This document shows, in pieces, positions 22,600-37,300 of a DNA stretch of 64,000 nucleotides. The notes beneath the pieces are model-generated. The model saw only the letters and a list, made by a program, of their open reading frames with translations, made no database searches and was not told the origin of the DNA. The translations under genes and the position numbers were made by a program. The stretch is from Heptranchias perlo (lineage: Eukaryota). The stretch lies in the NCBI RefSeq assembly GCF_035084215.1, contig NC_090359.1, positions 24,800,001-24,864,000 on the forward strand, written 5' to 3'. Position 1 is the first letter of the stretch; every line of letters begins with the position of its first letter.

Positions 22600-23668
22600 T
22601 AGTGGGTACGGTCAGGTAGATACAATGCTTGGTTGGACCGCACTTGGATTACTGTGAACAGCTCCGGTCTCCATGTTGTGGGGGTGGGGAGTGGTGGAGG
22701 CACTGGAGAGGGTGCGGAGGAGATTTGCTAGGATGATACCAGAACTGAGAGGTTTTACCCATCAGGAAAGATTGAACGGGCTGGGGCTCTTTTCTCTGGA
22801 GGAGAGTACTGATGGGTGACTTGATAGATTATGAAAGGGTTTAAAACGTAGAAACATAGAAAGTAGGAGCAAGAGTAGGCCATTCGGCCCTGCTCCGCCA
22901 TTCAAAATCATCATGGCTGATCGTCTAACTCAGTACCCTGTTCCCGCTTTTTCCCCATATCCCTTGATCCCTTTAGCATTAAAAAATATATCTATCTCCT
23001 TCTTGAATACATCTAATGACTTGGCCTCCACTGCCTTCTGTGGTAGAGAATTCCACAGGTTCACCACCCTCTGAGTGAAGAAATTTCTCATCTCGGTTCT
23101 AAATGGCATACCCCGTATCCTGAGACTGTGACCCCTGGTTCTGGACTCCCCAGCCATCGGGAACATCCTCCCTGCATCTAGTCTGTCTAGTCCTGTTAGA
23201 ATTTTATATGTTTCGATGAGATCACCTCTCATTCTTCTAAACTCTAGTGAATATAGGCCTAGTCGACCCAATCTCTCCTCATACGTCAGTCCTGCCATCC
23301 CAGGAATCAGTCTGGTAAACCTTCATTGCACTCCCTCCATGGCAAGGACATCCTTCCTCAGATAAGGAGACCAAAACTGCACACAACACTCCAGATGTGG
23401 TCTCACCAAGGATCTGTAGAACTGCAGTAAGACATCCCTGCTCTTGTACTCAAATCCTCTTGCAATGAAGGCCAACATACCATTCGCCTTCCTAGGGTAG
23501 GATAGGTTTGATCGGGTAGACGTAGAGAAGATGTTTCCACTTGTGGGGGAGACCAGAACTAGGGATCATAAATATAAGATAGTCGCTAATAAATCCAATA
23601 GGGAATTCAGGAGAAACTTCTTTACCCAGAGAGTGGTGAGAATGTGGAACTCGCTCCCACATGGAGAA
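22600..23668. mobile_element. Cluster of CR1 3' fragments (a + copy with a minus copy at ~22845-23490)
   Basis: ORF 22930..23298 is a CR1 C-terminus; the flanking + fragments continue at 24582-24765. Confidence 0.85.
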
Positions 23669-24581
23669 CAGATGTTCGCTGATGATTGCACGGTGTTCAG
23701 TTCCATTCGCAACCCCTTAAATAACGAAGCAATCCGAGCCCGCATGCATCAGGACCTGGACAACATCCAGGCTTGGGCTGATAAGTGGCAAGTAACATTC
23801 GCGCCAGATAAGTGCCAGGCAATGACCATCTCCAACAAGAGAGAGTCTAACCACCTCCCCTTGACATTCAACGGCATTACCATCGCCGAATCCCCCACCA
23901 TCAACATCCTGGGGGTCACCATTAACCAGAAACTTAACTGGACCAGCCATATAAATACAATGGCTACAAGAGCAGGTCAGAGGCTGGGTATTCTGCGGCG
24001 AGTGACTCACCTCCTGACTCTCCAAAACCTTTCCACCATCTACAAGGTACAAGTCAGGAGTGTAATGGAATACTCTCCACTTGCCTGGATGAGTGCAGCT
24101 CCAACAACACTCAAGAAGCTCGACACCATCCAAGATAAAGTAGCCCGCTTGATTGGCACCCTATCTACCACCCTAAACATTCACTCCCTTCACCACCGGC
24201 GCACCGTGGCTGCAGTGTGTACCATCCACAGGATGCACTGCAGCAACTCGCCAAGGCTTCTTCGACAGCACCTCCCAAACCCGCAACCTCTACCACCTAG
24301 AAGGACAAGAGCAGCAGGCACATGGGAACAACACCACCTGCACGTTCCCCTCCAAGTCACACACCATCCCGACTTGGAAATATATCGGCCGTTCCTTCAT
24401 CGTCGCTGGGTCAAAATCCTGGAACTCCCTTCCTAACAGCACTGTGGGAGAACCGTCACCACACGGACTGCAGCGGTTCAAGAAGGCGGCTCACCACCAC
24501 CTTCTCAAGGGGCAATTAGGGATGGGCAATAAATGCCGGCCTCGCCAGCGACGCCCACATCCCATTAACAAATAAAAAAAA
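23669..24581 (+). mobile_element. 5'-truncated LINE of a non-classical CR1-group clade, nested in a CR1 tail
   Basis: MFADD...WADKWQVTF...ILGVTINQKLNW...VRSVMEY...SLHHRR; A-rich end; host CACATGGAG|...|GTTGAGGCG is split; exact clade not assignable by eye. Confidence 0.85.
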
Positions 24582-25362
24582 GTTGAGGCGAATAGCATAG
24601 ATGCATTTAAGGGGAAGCTCGATAAACACATGAGGGAGAAAGGAATAGAAGGATATTCTGATAGGGTGAGATGAAGTAGGGAGGGAGGAGGCTCGTGTGG
24701 AGCATAAACACCGGCATAGACCAGATGGGCCGAACGGCCTGTTTCTGTGCTGTAAATTCTATGCAATGCACAGACTCTGAGCCCTAATCCCGAGGCAGAA
24801 AACTGAAGGACTTGCCATTCCACCGCACCTTTCACGACCTCCGGACATCCCCGGAAGCACCAATCTGCGCACAGCAAGATCCCACAGAGCCAGCGAAAGA
24901 GGAACAGACGGATGGCAAGAGAGAAACCGAAAGTAAAACAAAAACGAAACGAACCTGAAAAGACTAAACCAGTCACCCTGCCGAACGCCGAATTGACTTC
25001 CAAATCGTTTGACTTTAAATGCGTTGGTAATCTCTTAAATGGAATTCATCCTCACTCAATCATTTATCCCCACTCCCCAAGTGACTGAGGCTCTGAGACC
25101 CTCCTTACAAATAACAGCTGGGAGCTAGGCTGCCTCAATGCAGGCTCCCTTTAAGGGATATCTCCTTGTTGAAGTTAGCAGCTGCGTTGTGGGATCAGGA
25201 AGATCTAATCCTGCGGGAAGAGCCTGGGTCAGTCCTAGTGAAAGGGACCTGATATTGAAGCGGGGGAAGCTCAGGTTGGGTGGCCCCCAGAGCAAAGTCA
25301 GTCCAAGGAATTCCCCCTTTATTTTGCTGTAACGCAGTTTGTGTGTGTGTGTGTGGGGAAAA

Positions 25363-25399
25363 ATGCACGACGTGATAATCCTGGGAGCTGGGATCAGCG
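25363..25399 (+). CDS. MAO: MAO-like exon 1 ([13 protein letters not shown])
   Basis: Start of the GxGxxG dinucleotide-binding motif; G|GTGAGT phase-1 donor. Confidence 0.9.
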
Positions 25400-28300
25400 G
25401 TGAGTTCACAGTCTGGTGTTATTTCTGCATCAAGACAAAGACTTTTACTCCCTGCAGACTTTAGCTGGGTCGGTCCGGTCTAGTTCTGACCTCCCCCCAT
25501 CACTGCAACCTCAAGCATTGTGCTCTTTTGTCATGTTCAAACCTGCAGATGGCCAGGCCTTGGGCAGCACGGCAGTGATTAAAGGGGAAGGACCTACTTT
25601 CCCTTTAAAGCACAGATTTCTTTATTGGCCATGATAATTTCTCTATCACCCGTGCTGTTGCACAGCCCAGAATCAAGACCAAGTGTAGTGTTCAGGTGAA
25701 GCAGGGTTAGAGGGCAAGGGAGTATTTTAAGAATTTTTTATTATTCGTTCGTGGGATGTGGGCGTCGCTGGCAAGACCAGCATTTATTGCCCATCCCTAA
25801 TTGCCCCTTGAGAAGGTGGTGATGAGCCGCCTTCTTGAACCGCTGCAGTCCGTGTGGTGAAGGTTCTCCCACAGTCCTGTTAGGAAGGGAGTTCCAGGAT
25901 TTTGACCCAGCGGCGATGAAGGAACGGCCGATATATTTCCAAGTCGGGATGGTGTGTGACTTGGAGGGGAACGTGCAGGTGGTGTTGTTCCCATGTACCT
26001 GCTGCTCTTGTCCTTCTAGGTGGTAGAGGTCGTGGGTTTGGGAGGTGCTGTCGAAGAAGCCTTGGCGAGTTGCTGCAGTGCATCCTGTGGATGGTACACA
26101 CTGCAGCCACTGTGCGCTGGTGGTGAAGGGAGTGAATGTTTAGGGTGGTGGATGGGGTGCCAATCAAGCGGGCTGCTTTGTCCTGGATGGTGTCGAACTT
26201 CTTGAGTGTTGTTGGAGCTGCACTCATCCAGGCAAGTGGAGAGTATTCCATCACATTCCTGACTTGTGCCTTGTAGATGGTGGAAAGGCTTTGGGGAGTC
26301 AGGAGGTGAGTCACTTGCCGCAGAATACTCAGCCTCTGACCTGCTCTCGTAGCCACAGTATTTATATGGCTGGTCCAGTTAAGTTTCTGGTCAATGGTGA
26401 CCCCCAGGATGTTGATGGTGGGGGATTCGGTGATGGTAATGCCGTTGAATTCATCTCACTCCCTTTATTAGAATGATTCCAGGGATGAGGGACTTTAGTT
26501 ACGTGGATAGACTGGAGAAGCTGGGGTTGTTCTCCTTGGAACAGAGACGGTTGAGAGGAGATTTGATCGAGATATTCAAAATCATGAAGGGTCTAGACAG
26601 AGTAGATAGAGAGAAACTGTTCCCATTGGCGGAAGGGTCAAGAATGAGAGGACATAGATTTAAGGTGATTGGCAAAAGAACCAAAGTTGACATGAGGAAA
26701 AACTTTTTTACACAGCGAGTGGTTAGGATCTGGAATGCACTGCCCGAGGGGGTGGTGGAGGCAGATTCAATCATGGCCTTCAAAAGGGAACTGGATAAGT
26801 ACCTGAAAGGAAGAGATCTGCAGGGCTACGGGGACAGGACGGGGGAGTGGGACTAGCTGGATTGCTCTTGCATCGAGTCGGCACGGACTTAATGGGACGA
26901 ATGGCCTCCTTCCGTGCTGTAACCTTTTCTATGACTCCCATCTCCCTCCCTCCACTCCCCCTTTGGTGCAAGAGCCTTCAGGCGTCTTGCTGCCTCGATT
27001 TTAAAATTCTCACCCTTGTTTTCAAATCCCTCCATGGCCCTCGCCCCCCCTCCTTATCTCTGTAACCTCCTCCAGCCCCTACAACCCTCCGAGTTTCTCC
27101 AATTCTGGCCTCTTGCGCATCCCCGATTTCCATCGCTCCACCATTGGCGGCCGTGCCTTCAGCTGCCCGGGACCTAAGCTCTGGAATTCCCTCCCTAAAC
27201 CTCTCCTCCTCTCTCTCCTCCTTTAAAACCTACCTTTTTGGCCACCTGTCCCAGTATCTCCTTATGTGGCTTGGTGTCAGATGACATTCCTGTGAAGCAC
27301 TTTGGGATGTTTTTGCTATGTTAAAGGCACTATATAAATGCAAATTGATGTTGTACTCTGGAACTCACTTCGACCTCTCTCTCTCTGTAAAGCCTATCTC
27401 TCCTCCTCCGCTACGGCTCAGTATCTGTACACACGTGATAGCTGCAGATTGTGGTGGTGACCTAGCCAAATGCAGTCTTCACTCTGTGCCAGCAACGGCA
27501 CACGAACAACCACGAGGTGAGCGGTTTTGGTGGTGACTGCTGAGGGAGGAATATTGGCCCAGGGCACCGGGGAGAACTCCCCCTTGCTCTTCTTCGAAAT
27601 AGTGGCCGTTGGATCTTTTACGTCCACCTGAGGGGGCCTCAGTTAAACATCTCGGCTGAAAGACGGCACCTCCCGACAGTGCAGCACTCCCTCAGTACTG
27701 GACTGGGAGTGTCGGCCTGGACTTTGTGCTCAAGTCGGCCGAGTGGGATTTGAACCCATGACCTTGTGACTCGGAGGCGAGAGAGAGCAATCAATGAGCT
27801 AAGGCTGACACACACAAACACATTTTTAAAAAAAAATCTGAAATCTTTGTGGAGATTATACAGGGACCGTTGGTGTTGTCATGGATACCATTGCCTGTCG
27901 TAATCTGACCTTTCCCAATCTGCTGAGACGCTTAGGCCGAGATCCTGGGCATGTGTTGTGAGCGTTCCCCAGCGTCGCTCGAGTGGGCTGGGGGTGCAGC
28001 GGGAGCCGATCTCCTGACTCGCCCAGGATTTCGCACTGGGGTGGGAGGGGGTGGAGGGGAGGTGTTGGTGGGCGGGAGGGGTGGGGTTGGGGAGAGATGT
28101 GGGGGTGGGGTGGAGGTACGGTTAGCAGGAGGGGTGGGGGGGAGGGGTGGGCTGAAGGTGTGGTGGGGTTGGGGAAGGGTGAGGTAGTGGGGGGAGGGGG
28201 GAGGGTTAGCGGGTGGGGTGAGGTGGGGGGGGGTGGGGTGAGCGGGAGGTGGGGGAGGGGTGGGGTGAGCGGGAGGTGGGGGAGGGGTGGGGTTAGCGAG

Positions 28301-31300
28301 AGGCGGGGAGGGGTGGGGGTGGGGTTAGCGGGGGGTGGGGGTGGGGTTAGTGGGAGGCGGGGGTGGGGGTGGGGTTAGCAGGAGGCGGGGGTGGGGTTCG
28401 CGGGAGGCGGGGGAGGGGTGGGGGTGGGGCTAGCGGGAGGTGGGGGTGGAGTTAGCGGGAGGTGGGGGTGGGCTGGAGGTGGGGTGAGGTCCACATTATG
28501 TCCACCATATGCATCACACAACATTTTTCCCGAACAGTGGCCGTGGGATCTTTTGCGTCCACCTGAGAGGGCAGACGGGGGCCTCGGTTTCACGTCTCAT
28601 CCATTAACAGAACGGGTTAACCATTTCACCTCTCTCTTTCCATTGTGATTCAGTGCTTCCCTCCTGTCCACATATTACTGGAAAAACCAATCTGATATTT
28701 GAGGTAAATTCTCCAATTCTCTACATGCAATACCTCAGCGATATCACCTGCGAGTATTTTCTTCCAGTTGTTCTATATTCCTGGCTTTGGTTCTCCTCCC
28801 TCCCCACTCAGGCTTCCACCTATTCCTGCCTCAACACACCCAGGGGAGTGAGTTGGCCTCTGTCAGTACCAATCTCTGAGCCTGCGCCCAGACCCTGCCT
28901 GACAGGCTCTCCCCCAACGGTCCAGCAGAATTTGGACAGTCAGCATATGTGGCCAAATCTCACGGACACACCGCTGTCCCACAGTGTGGCAAGCTGGAAG
29001 GCCCAGTATCTTTTCAATTGCAACTCACTCTGGTCTCCATATTTTGAAAAAAGGATATAGAGGCACTGGAGAAGGTGCAAAAAAAGATTTACAAGGATGA
29101 TACCAGAACTGAGAGGTTATAGCTATCAGGAAAGACTGAACAGGCTGGGGCTCTTTTGAGAAAAGACTGAGGGGGGACCTGATAGAGGTCTTTAAAATTA
29201 TGAAGGGGTTTGATAGGGTAGATGTGAAGAAGATGTTTCCACTTGTGGGGGAGACCAGAACTAGGGGCCATAAATATAAGATAGTCACCAATAAATCCAT
29301 TGGGGAATTTCAGGAGAAACTTCTTTCCCCAGAGAGTGGTGAGAATGTGGAATTCGCTAACACAAGGAGTAGTTGAGGCGAATATCATCGAATCATAGAA
29401 GTTTACAACATGGAAACAGGCCCTTCGGCCCAACATGTCCATGTCGCCCAGTTTATACCACTAAGCTAGTCCCAATTGCCTGCACTTGGCCCATATCCCT
29501 CTATACCCATCTTACCCATGTAACTGTCCAAATGCTTTTTAAAAGACAAAATTGTACCCGCCTCTACTACTGCCTCTGGCAGCTCGTTCCAGACACTCAC
29601 CACCCTTTGAGTGAAAAAATTGCCCCTCTGGACCCTTTTGTATCTCTCCCCTCTCACCTTAAATCTATGTCCCCTTGTTATAGACTCCCCTACCTTTGGG
29701 AAAAGATTTTGACTACCTTATCTATGCCCCTCATTATTTTAGAGACTTCTATAAGATCACCCCTAAACCTCCTACTCTCCAGTCTATCTAACCTCTCCCT
29801 ATAAGTCAAACCATCAAGTCCCAGCAGCATCCTGGTAAATCTTTTCTGCACTCTTTCTAGTTTAATAATATCCTTTCTATAATAGGGTGACCAGAACTGT
29901 ACACAGTATTCCAAGTATGGCCTAACTAATGTCTTGTACAACTTCAACAAGACATCCCAACTCCTGTATTCAATGTTCTGACCAATGAAACCAAGCATGC
30001 CGAATGCCTTCTTCACCACCCTATCCACCTGTGACTCCACTTTCAAGGAGCTATGAACCTGTACTCCTAGATCTCTTTGTTCTATAACTCTCCCCAACGC
30101 CCTACCATTAACGGAGTAGGTCCTGGCCCGATTCGATCTCCCAAAATGCATCACCTCACATTTATCTAAATTAAACTCCATCTGCCATTCATCGGCCCAC
30201 TGGCCCAATTTATCAAGATCCCGTTGTAATCCTAGATAACCTTCTTCACTGTCCACAATGCCACCAATCTTGGTGTCATCTGCAAACTTACTAACCATGC
30301 CTCCTAAATTCTCATCCAAATCATTAATATAAATAACAAATAACAGCGGACCCAGCACCGATCCCTGAGGCATACCGCTGGTCACAGGCCTCCAATTTGA
30401 AAAACAACCCTCTACAACCACCCTCTGTCTTCTGTCGTCAAGCCAATGTTGTATCCAATTGGCTACCTCACCTTGGATCCCGTGAGATTTAACCTTATGT
30501 AACAACCTACCATGCGGTACCTTGTCAAAGGCTTTGCTAAAGTCCATGTAGACCACGTCTACTGCACAGCCCTCATCTATCTTCTTGGTTACCCCTTCAA
30601 AAAACTCAATCAAATTCGTGAGACATGATTTTCCTCTCACAAAACCATGCTGACTGTTCCTAATCAGTCCCTGCCTCTCCAAATGCCCGTAGATCCTGTC
30701 TCTCAGAATACCCTCCAACAACTTACCCACTACAGATGTCAGGCTCACCGGTCTGTAGTTCCCAGGCTTTTCCCTGCCGCCCTTCTTAAACAAAGGCACA
30801 ACATTTGCTACCCTCCAATCTTCAGGCACCTCACCTGTAGCGGTGGATGATTCAAATATCTCTGCTAGGGGACCCGCAATTTCCTCCCTAACCTCCCATA
30901 ACGTCCTGGGATACATTTCATCAGGTCCCGGAGATTTATCTACCTTGATGCGCGTTAAGACTTCCAGCACCTCCCTCTCTGTAATATGTACACTCCTCAA
31001 GACATCACTATTTATTTCCCCAAGTTCCCTAACATCATGGATGCATTTAAGGGGAAGCTGGATCAACACATGAGGGAGAAAGATATAGAAGGTTATTCTA
31101 ATAGGGTGAGATGAAGTAGGGTGGGAGGAGACTCATGTGGAGCATAAACACCGGCATAGACCAGTTGGGCCGAATGGCCTGTTTCTGTGCTGTAAATTCA
31201 ATGTAATTCTATGTAATCTGTAATTCCCTTTCAAGGGAGGGCCCCACAGCAGATGACGAACAATTCCCCCGTCATTCTAAATGGTGCAACGTCCCCATCT

Positions 31301-34300
31301 GCTGGCAGGCAGGCAGGTCTATAGCAACAGGAAGTCCTCTCCACCTGTTACTGTCATTCCCTAATTGTCTGGGCTACAGCAGTTCTTTAGGGAATGGACT
31401 TGTTTCTGAAACTGCGGACAACAAAACTCCCCCCTCTCCTCCCGAGACAATAATTGCTAACACCCCTAGGAGTCACCCCACCTTTTCTGGAGGGACATGG
31501 GGCCTGGTAACTGAGCCCAGGATGAGGAGGGTTGAACCTGGTACCTGGGTCTGTCACTGGGCACTGAACGTAATAACTCAACCCAGTTCCTGTTTAACAA
31601 AGACTCTTGTTTTGAATAAATATTTTTTTGATAGAAGTTTAACTATCGCTACGAATAAGATTAGTCCTTGACTTCCAGCTTTCTCCGTTCCAGGTCTGTC
31701 GGCTGCTAAACTTCTCAGTGAGATGGGACTCGACGTCCTGGTGCTGGAAGCCAGGGACAGAGTTGGTGGACGCACGCACACTTTGCATGTGAGAACATTG
31801 TCTATTTCGTCAGTTTTGTGTTCGTCAAGCTGAGGGGTGTTAGTGCTGGGAAGAGGACTCATCTCAATTTAGGTACTCAGTCCGGGTTAGATACAGAGTA
31901 AAGCTCCCTGTGCACTGTCCCATCAAACACTCCCAGGGCAGGTACAGCACGGGTTAGATACAGAGTAAAGCTCCCTCTACACTGTCCCATCAAACACTCC
32001 CAGGGCAGGTACAGCATGGGTTAGATACAGAGTGAAGCTCCCTCTACACTGTCCCATCAAACACTCCCAGGGCTGGTACAGCACGAGTTAGATACAGAGT
32101 AAAGCTCCCTCTACACTGTCCCATCAAACACTCCCAGGGCTGGTACAGCACGGGTTAGATACAGAGTAAAGCTCCCTCTACACTGTCCCATCAAACACTC
32201 CCAGGGCAGGTACAGCACGGGTTAGATACAGAGTGAAGCTCCCTCTACACTGTCCCATAAAACACTCCCAGGGCAGGTACAGCACGGGTTAGATACAGAG
32301 TAAAGCTCCCTCTACACTGTCCCATCAAACACTCCCAGGGCAGGTACAGCACGGGTTAGATACAGAGTAAAGCTCCCTCTACACTGTCCCATAAAACACT
32401 CCCAGGGCAGGTACAGCACGGGTTAGATACAGAGTGAAGCTCCGTCTACACTGCCCATAAAACACTCCCAGGGCAGGTACAGCACGGGTTAGATTCAGAG
32501 TGAAGCTCCGTCTACACTGCCCTATCAATGTGCCTCGGCCCCATACCTAGGAGAATGCTCCCTGCTCCCTATTGTGACCTTTTTCGGAGCGAGGGAGCAC
32601 AGAGCAGCAGCTTTCGACAGAGTCGGGTTTCGACAGAATCTATAATTGGGAATGTGGTGAGTGAGGGGATTCGGTGCAGTAAGGGGTGTGAGGTGCATTT
32701 GTTTAGACAGCGGAGAGGAGCGTCCCGAGAGCGGGTCACAGCAACAACAAACCAAACTGCAGTGTGACGTCACAGGGAAGGCAGGTAGGTGGTTGGTGGT
32801 GATTATCTCTGCTGTTTTCTTCTTTCTTAGGACTGTGCGCTCAGTAACTTATAGAATAAAACTAAATTTAAAAAAAAAATAACTAAACTTAATTTAATAA
32901 ATTAAACAAGGCCAGTACTTGGTTCAACCTAAAAATAATTTGATTGGCATTGTCGTAATCAATTAAATAAATAAAATAGTTATGACAGGGCAGGAGATGC
33001 AGCTGCAATATGTGGGAGCTGCTGGACAGTTTTGTCCAGGGCGACTACATTTGCGGTAAGTGTCTGCGGCTCGAGGAACTTCGGCTGGGAGTTGAGGGGC
33101 TGGAGTCCGAGCTGCAGATATTGCGAGGCATCAGGGAGGGAGAAAGTTACCTGGACACTTTGATCCAGGAGGCAGTCACGCCCCTTAGACTAAATACTGT
33201 CGAATTGGCATGTGGACAGGGACAGGAGGGTGTGACTGTGAGTGAGGCAGGTACGGGGATCCAGGAGGGAGCGTTGCAGGAGCCTCAGTCCCTGTGATTG
33301 TCCAATAGATACGAGGTCCTTGCAGCCCTTGTGGACGAGTGCAGTGACTGCAGGGAGGACGAGCAAACTGGCCATGGCACCGTGGTTCAGGGGGCCATTC
33401 AAGTGGGGGGAGTAAGAAGGAATGTGGTTGTTGTAGGTGACAGTATGGTCAGAGGGATAGACACTGTTCTCCGCAGCCAAGAGCGAGAGTCCCGAAGGCT
33501 GTGTTGCCTACCCGGTGCCAGGGTTAAGGACATCTCCTCAGGACTGGAGAGAAACTTGGAGTGGGAGGGGGAGGATCCAGTTGTCATGGTCCACGTAGGT
33601 ACCAACAACATAGGTAGGACTAAGAAAGAGGTTCTGCTGAGGGAGTTTGAGCAGCTAGGGACTAAATTAAAAAGCAGCACCACAAAGGTGATAATCTCCG
33701 GATTATTACCTGAGCCACGAGCAAATTGGCACAGGGTAAATCAGATCAGAGAGATGAATGAGTGCCTCAAAGATTGGTGTGGGAGAAGTGGGTTTTGATT
33801 CATGGGGCACTGGCATCAGTACTGGGGAAAGAGAGAGCTGTTCCGTTGGGACGGGCTTCACCTGAACCATGCTGGGACCAGTGTTCTGGCAAACCGAATA
33901 ACTAGGGCGGTAGAAAAGGCTTTAAACTAAATAGAGGCGGGGAGGGCTCAGGTGGGGCGAAGTTTAGATTGATAAAGAGAAAAGACAAGGAAGTAGTACA
34001 GGAAAGTGATTGGGTTAATGATAGACAGAGTGTGTCAGGAAGGGACAGAGCGTACAAACATAAGAGTGCACCAGCAAATGGGGCCGGGGTAGGAAAGAAT
34101 GGTAAAAAGACAAAATGAAAGGTTCTTTATCTGAATGCGCGCAGCATTCGTAATAAGATAGATGAATTGACGGCACAAATAGAAACAAATGGGAATGATC
34201 TCGTGGCCATTACAGAGACGTGGTTGCAAGGTGACCAAGGTTGGGAGCTAAATATTCAGGGTTATTTAACATTTCGGAAGGATAGGAGAAAAGGTAAAGG

Positions 34301-37300
34301 TGGTGGGGTAGCTCTGTTAATAAAGGATGAAATTGGTATAATAGTGAGAAATGATCTTGGCTCAGAAGATCAAGATGTCGAATCAATTTGGGTGGAGGTA
34401 AGAAATAGCAAGGGAAAGAAATCACTGGTGGGAGTAGTATATCGGCCCCCGAACAGTAGCTACACTGTAGGGCAAAATATTAATCAGGAAATAAGGGGGG
34501 CTTGTAAAAAAGGTAATGCAATAATCATGGGCGATTTTAACTTTCACATCGATTGGACAAATCAAATTGGCAAAAATAGCCCTGAGGAGGAGTTCATAGA
34601 GTGTATTAGGGACTGTTTCTTAGACCAATACGTCGGGGAACCAACCAGGGAAGAGGCCATTTTGGATCTGGTAATGGGTAACGAGACAGGATTAATTAAT
34701 GATCTCAAAGTAAAGGATCCCTTGGGAAGCAGTGATCATAACATGATAGAATTTCACATCCAGTTTGAGAGCGAGGATCTTGGGTCTGAAACTACTGTAT
34801 TAAACTTAAATAAGGGCAATTATAAAGGAATGAGGGCGGAATTGGCTAAAGTGGACTGGGTAAACAGATTAGATGGTACGATGGTGGATAGGCAGTGGCA
34901 AACATTTAAAAAGATATTTTATGACTCGCAACAAAAATAGATCCCTGTGAGGAGGAAAGACTCCACAAAAAGGGTGAACCAACCATGGCTAACTAAAAAA
35001 GTCATAGAGTCATAGAGTCATACAGCACAGATAGAGGCCCTTCGGCCCATCGTGTCCGCGCCGGCCATCAAGCCCAGTCTAATCTAATCCCATATTCCAG
35101 CATTTGGTCCGTAGCCTTGTATGCTATGGCATTTCAAGTGCTCATCCAAATGCTTCTTGAATGTTGTGAGGGTTCCTGCCTCCACAACCCTCTCAGGCAG
35201 TGAGTTCCAGACTCCAACCACCCTCTGGGTGAGAAAGTTCTTTCGCAAATCCCCTCTAAACCTCCCGCCTTTTACCTTGAATCTATGCCCCCTTGTTATA
35301 GAACCCTCAACGAAGGGAAAAAGCTCCTGAGTATCCATCCTATCTATGCCCCTCATAATTTTGTACACCTCAATCATGTCCCCCCTCAGCCTCTTCTGCT
35401 CCAAGGAAAACAAACCCAATCTTCCCAGTCTCTCTTCATAGCTGAAGCTCTCCAGCCCTGGTAACATCCTGGTGAATCTCCTCTGCACCCTCTCCAAAGC
35501 GATCACATCCTTCCTGTAGTGCGGCGACCAGAACTGCACACAGTACTCCAGCTGTGGCCTAACCAGTGTTTTATACAGCTCCATCATAACCTCCTTGCTC
35601 TTATATTCTATGCCTCGGCTAATAAAGGCAAGTATCCCATATGCCTTCTTTACCACCTTATCTACCTGTTCCGCCGCCTTCAGGGATCTGTGAACTTGCA
35701 CACCAAGATCCCTCTGACCCTCTGTCTTGCCTAGGGTCCTCCCATTCATTGTGTAGTCCCTTGCCTTGTTAGTCCCTCCAAAGTGCATCACCTCGCACTT
35801 TTCCGGGTTAAATTCCATTTGCCACTGTTCCGCCCATCTGACCAACCCATCTATATCGTCCTGCAGACTGAGGCTATCCTCCTCGCTATTTACCACCCTA
35901 CCAATTTTTGTATCATCAGCGAACTTACTGATCATACCTTTTACATTCATATCCAAGTCGTTAATGTAGACCACAAACAGCAAGGGCCCCAGCACAGATC
36001 CCTGTGGTACCCCACTGGCCACAGGCTTCCAGTCACAAAAACAACCTTCGACCATCACCCTCTGCCTTCTGCCACTAAGCCAGTTTTGTATCCAAAGTGC
36101 CAAGGCACCCTGGATTCCATGGGCTCGTACCTTCTTGACCAGTCTCCTGTGCGGGACTTTATCGAAGGCCTTACTGAAATCCATGTATACCACATCCACT
36201 GCGTTACCCTCATCCACGCGCCTAGTCACCCCCTCAAAAAATTCAATCAAATTAGTCAGACATGATCTTCCCTTGACAAAGCCATGTTGACTATCCCTGA
36301 TTAATCCTTGCTTCTCCAAGTGGAGACTAATTTTGTCCTTCAGAATTTTTTCCAATAATTTTCCTACCACTGATGTTAGGCTCACTGGCCTGTAGTTCCC
36401 CGGTTTTTCCCTACTCCCCTTCTTGAATAATGGTCAAGGATGGTATCAGGTTAAAAGAAAAAGCATACAACATGGCAAAGATTACTGGTAAGCCCGAAGA
36501 TTGGGAAAACTTTAAAAACTAGCAAAGGATGACTAAAAGAATAATAAAGAGGGAGAAAATAAATTATGAGAGTAAACCAGCAAGAAATATAAAAACTGAC
36601 AGTAAAAGCTTCTACAAGTATATAAAAAGGAAGAGGGTAGCTAAAGTAAACATTGGTCCCTTAGAGGATGAGACTGGGGAAATAATAATGGAAAACAAGG
36701 AAATGGCAGAGGAATTGAACAGATATTTTGTATCTGTCTTCACAGTAGAAGACACTAATAATATACCAATAATAGTAGAAAATCAAGGGGCAAAGGGGAG
36801 GGAGGAACTAAAAACAATCACTAACACTAGAGAAAAAGTACTAGGTAAACTAATGGGTCTAAAGGCTGACAAGTCCCCTGGACCTGATGGCTTGCATCCG
36901 AGGTCTAAAAGGAAGTGGCTACAGAGATAGTGGATGCATTGGTTGTAATCTTCCAGAATTCAGTAGATTCTGGAAAGGTCCCAGCGGATTGGAAAACCGC
37001 AAACGTAACACCCCTATTCAAGAAGGGAGTGATGTGATAGAGTAGTGTTGGCAGTGCAGAAGGAGATGTGGGGTGGGGGCGGTGATGTGGCAGACGGAGT
37101 GTAGGGGAATGAGTAAGTGTACTCACTTTGGTTGACCTACTTAGGTCATTGCAGCGCCTCCTACACTGTATGCAGGTGGGCGATATGTTGGTGGTGCTGG
37201 TGACCTCCTCTGCCACTTCGAGCCAGGCCTCCCTGGCGGCAGAGGCAGGCCACTTCCTCCCGTCTGCCAGGGAGAAGATCTCTGACCTCCCCCTCCTCCT

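Noticed and set aside
28030-28490. Interstitial telomere or Gly-rich protein
   Set aside because: No true (TTAGGG)n array; a low-complexity G tract only
17107-31694. In-frame IgV-MAO fusion protein via phase-1 splicing to MAO exon 2
   Set aside because: It would delete most of the GxGxxG motif; each gene has its own complete ends
31884-32522. Satellite-embedded hammerhead ribozyme
   Set aside because: No CUGANGA/GAAA core found in the unit on either strand
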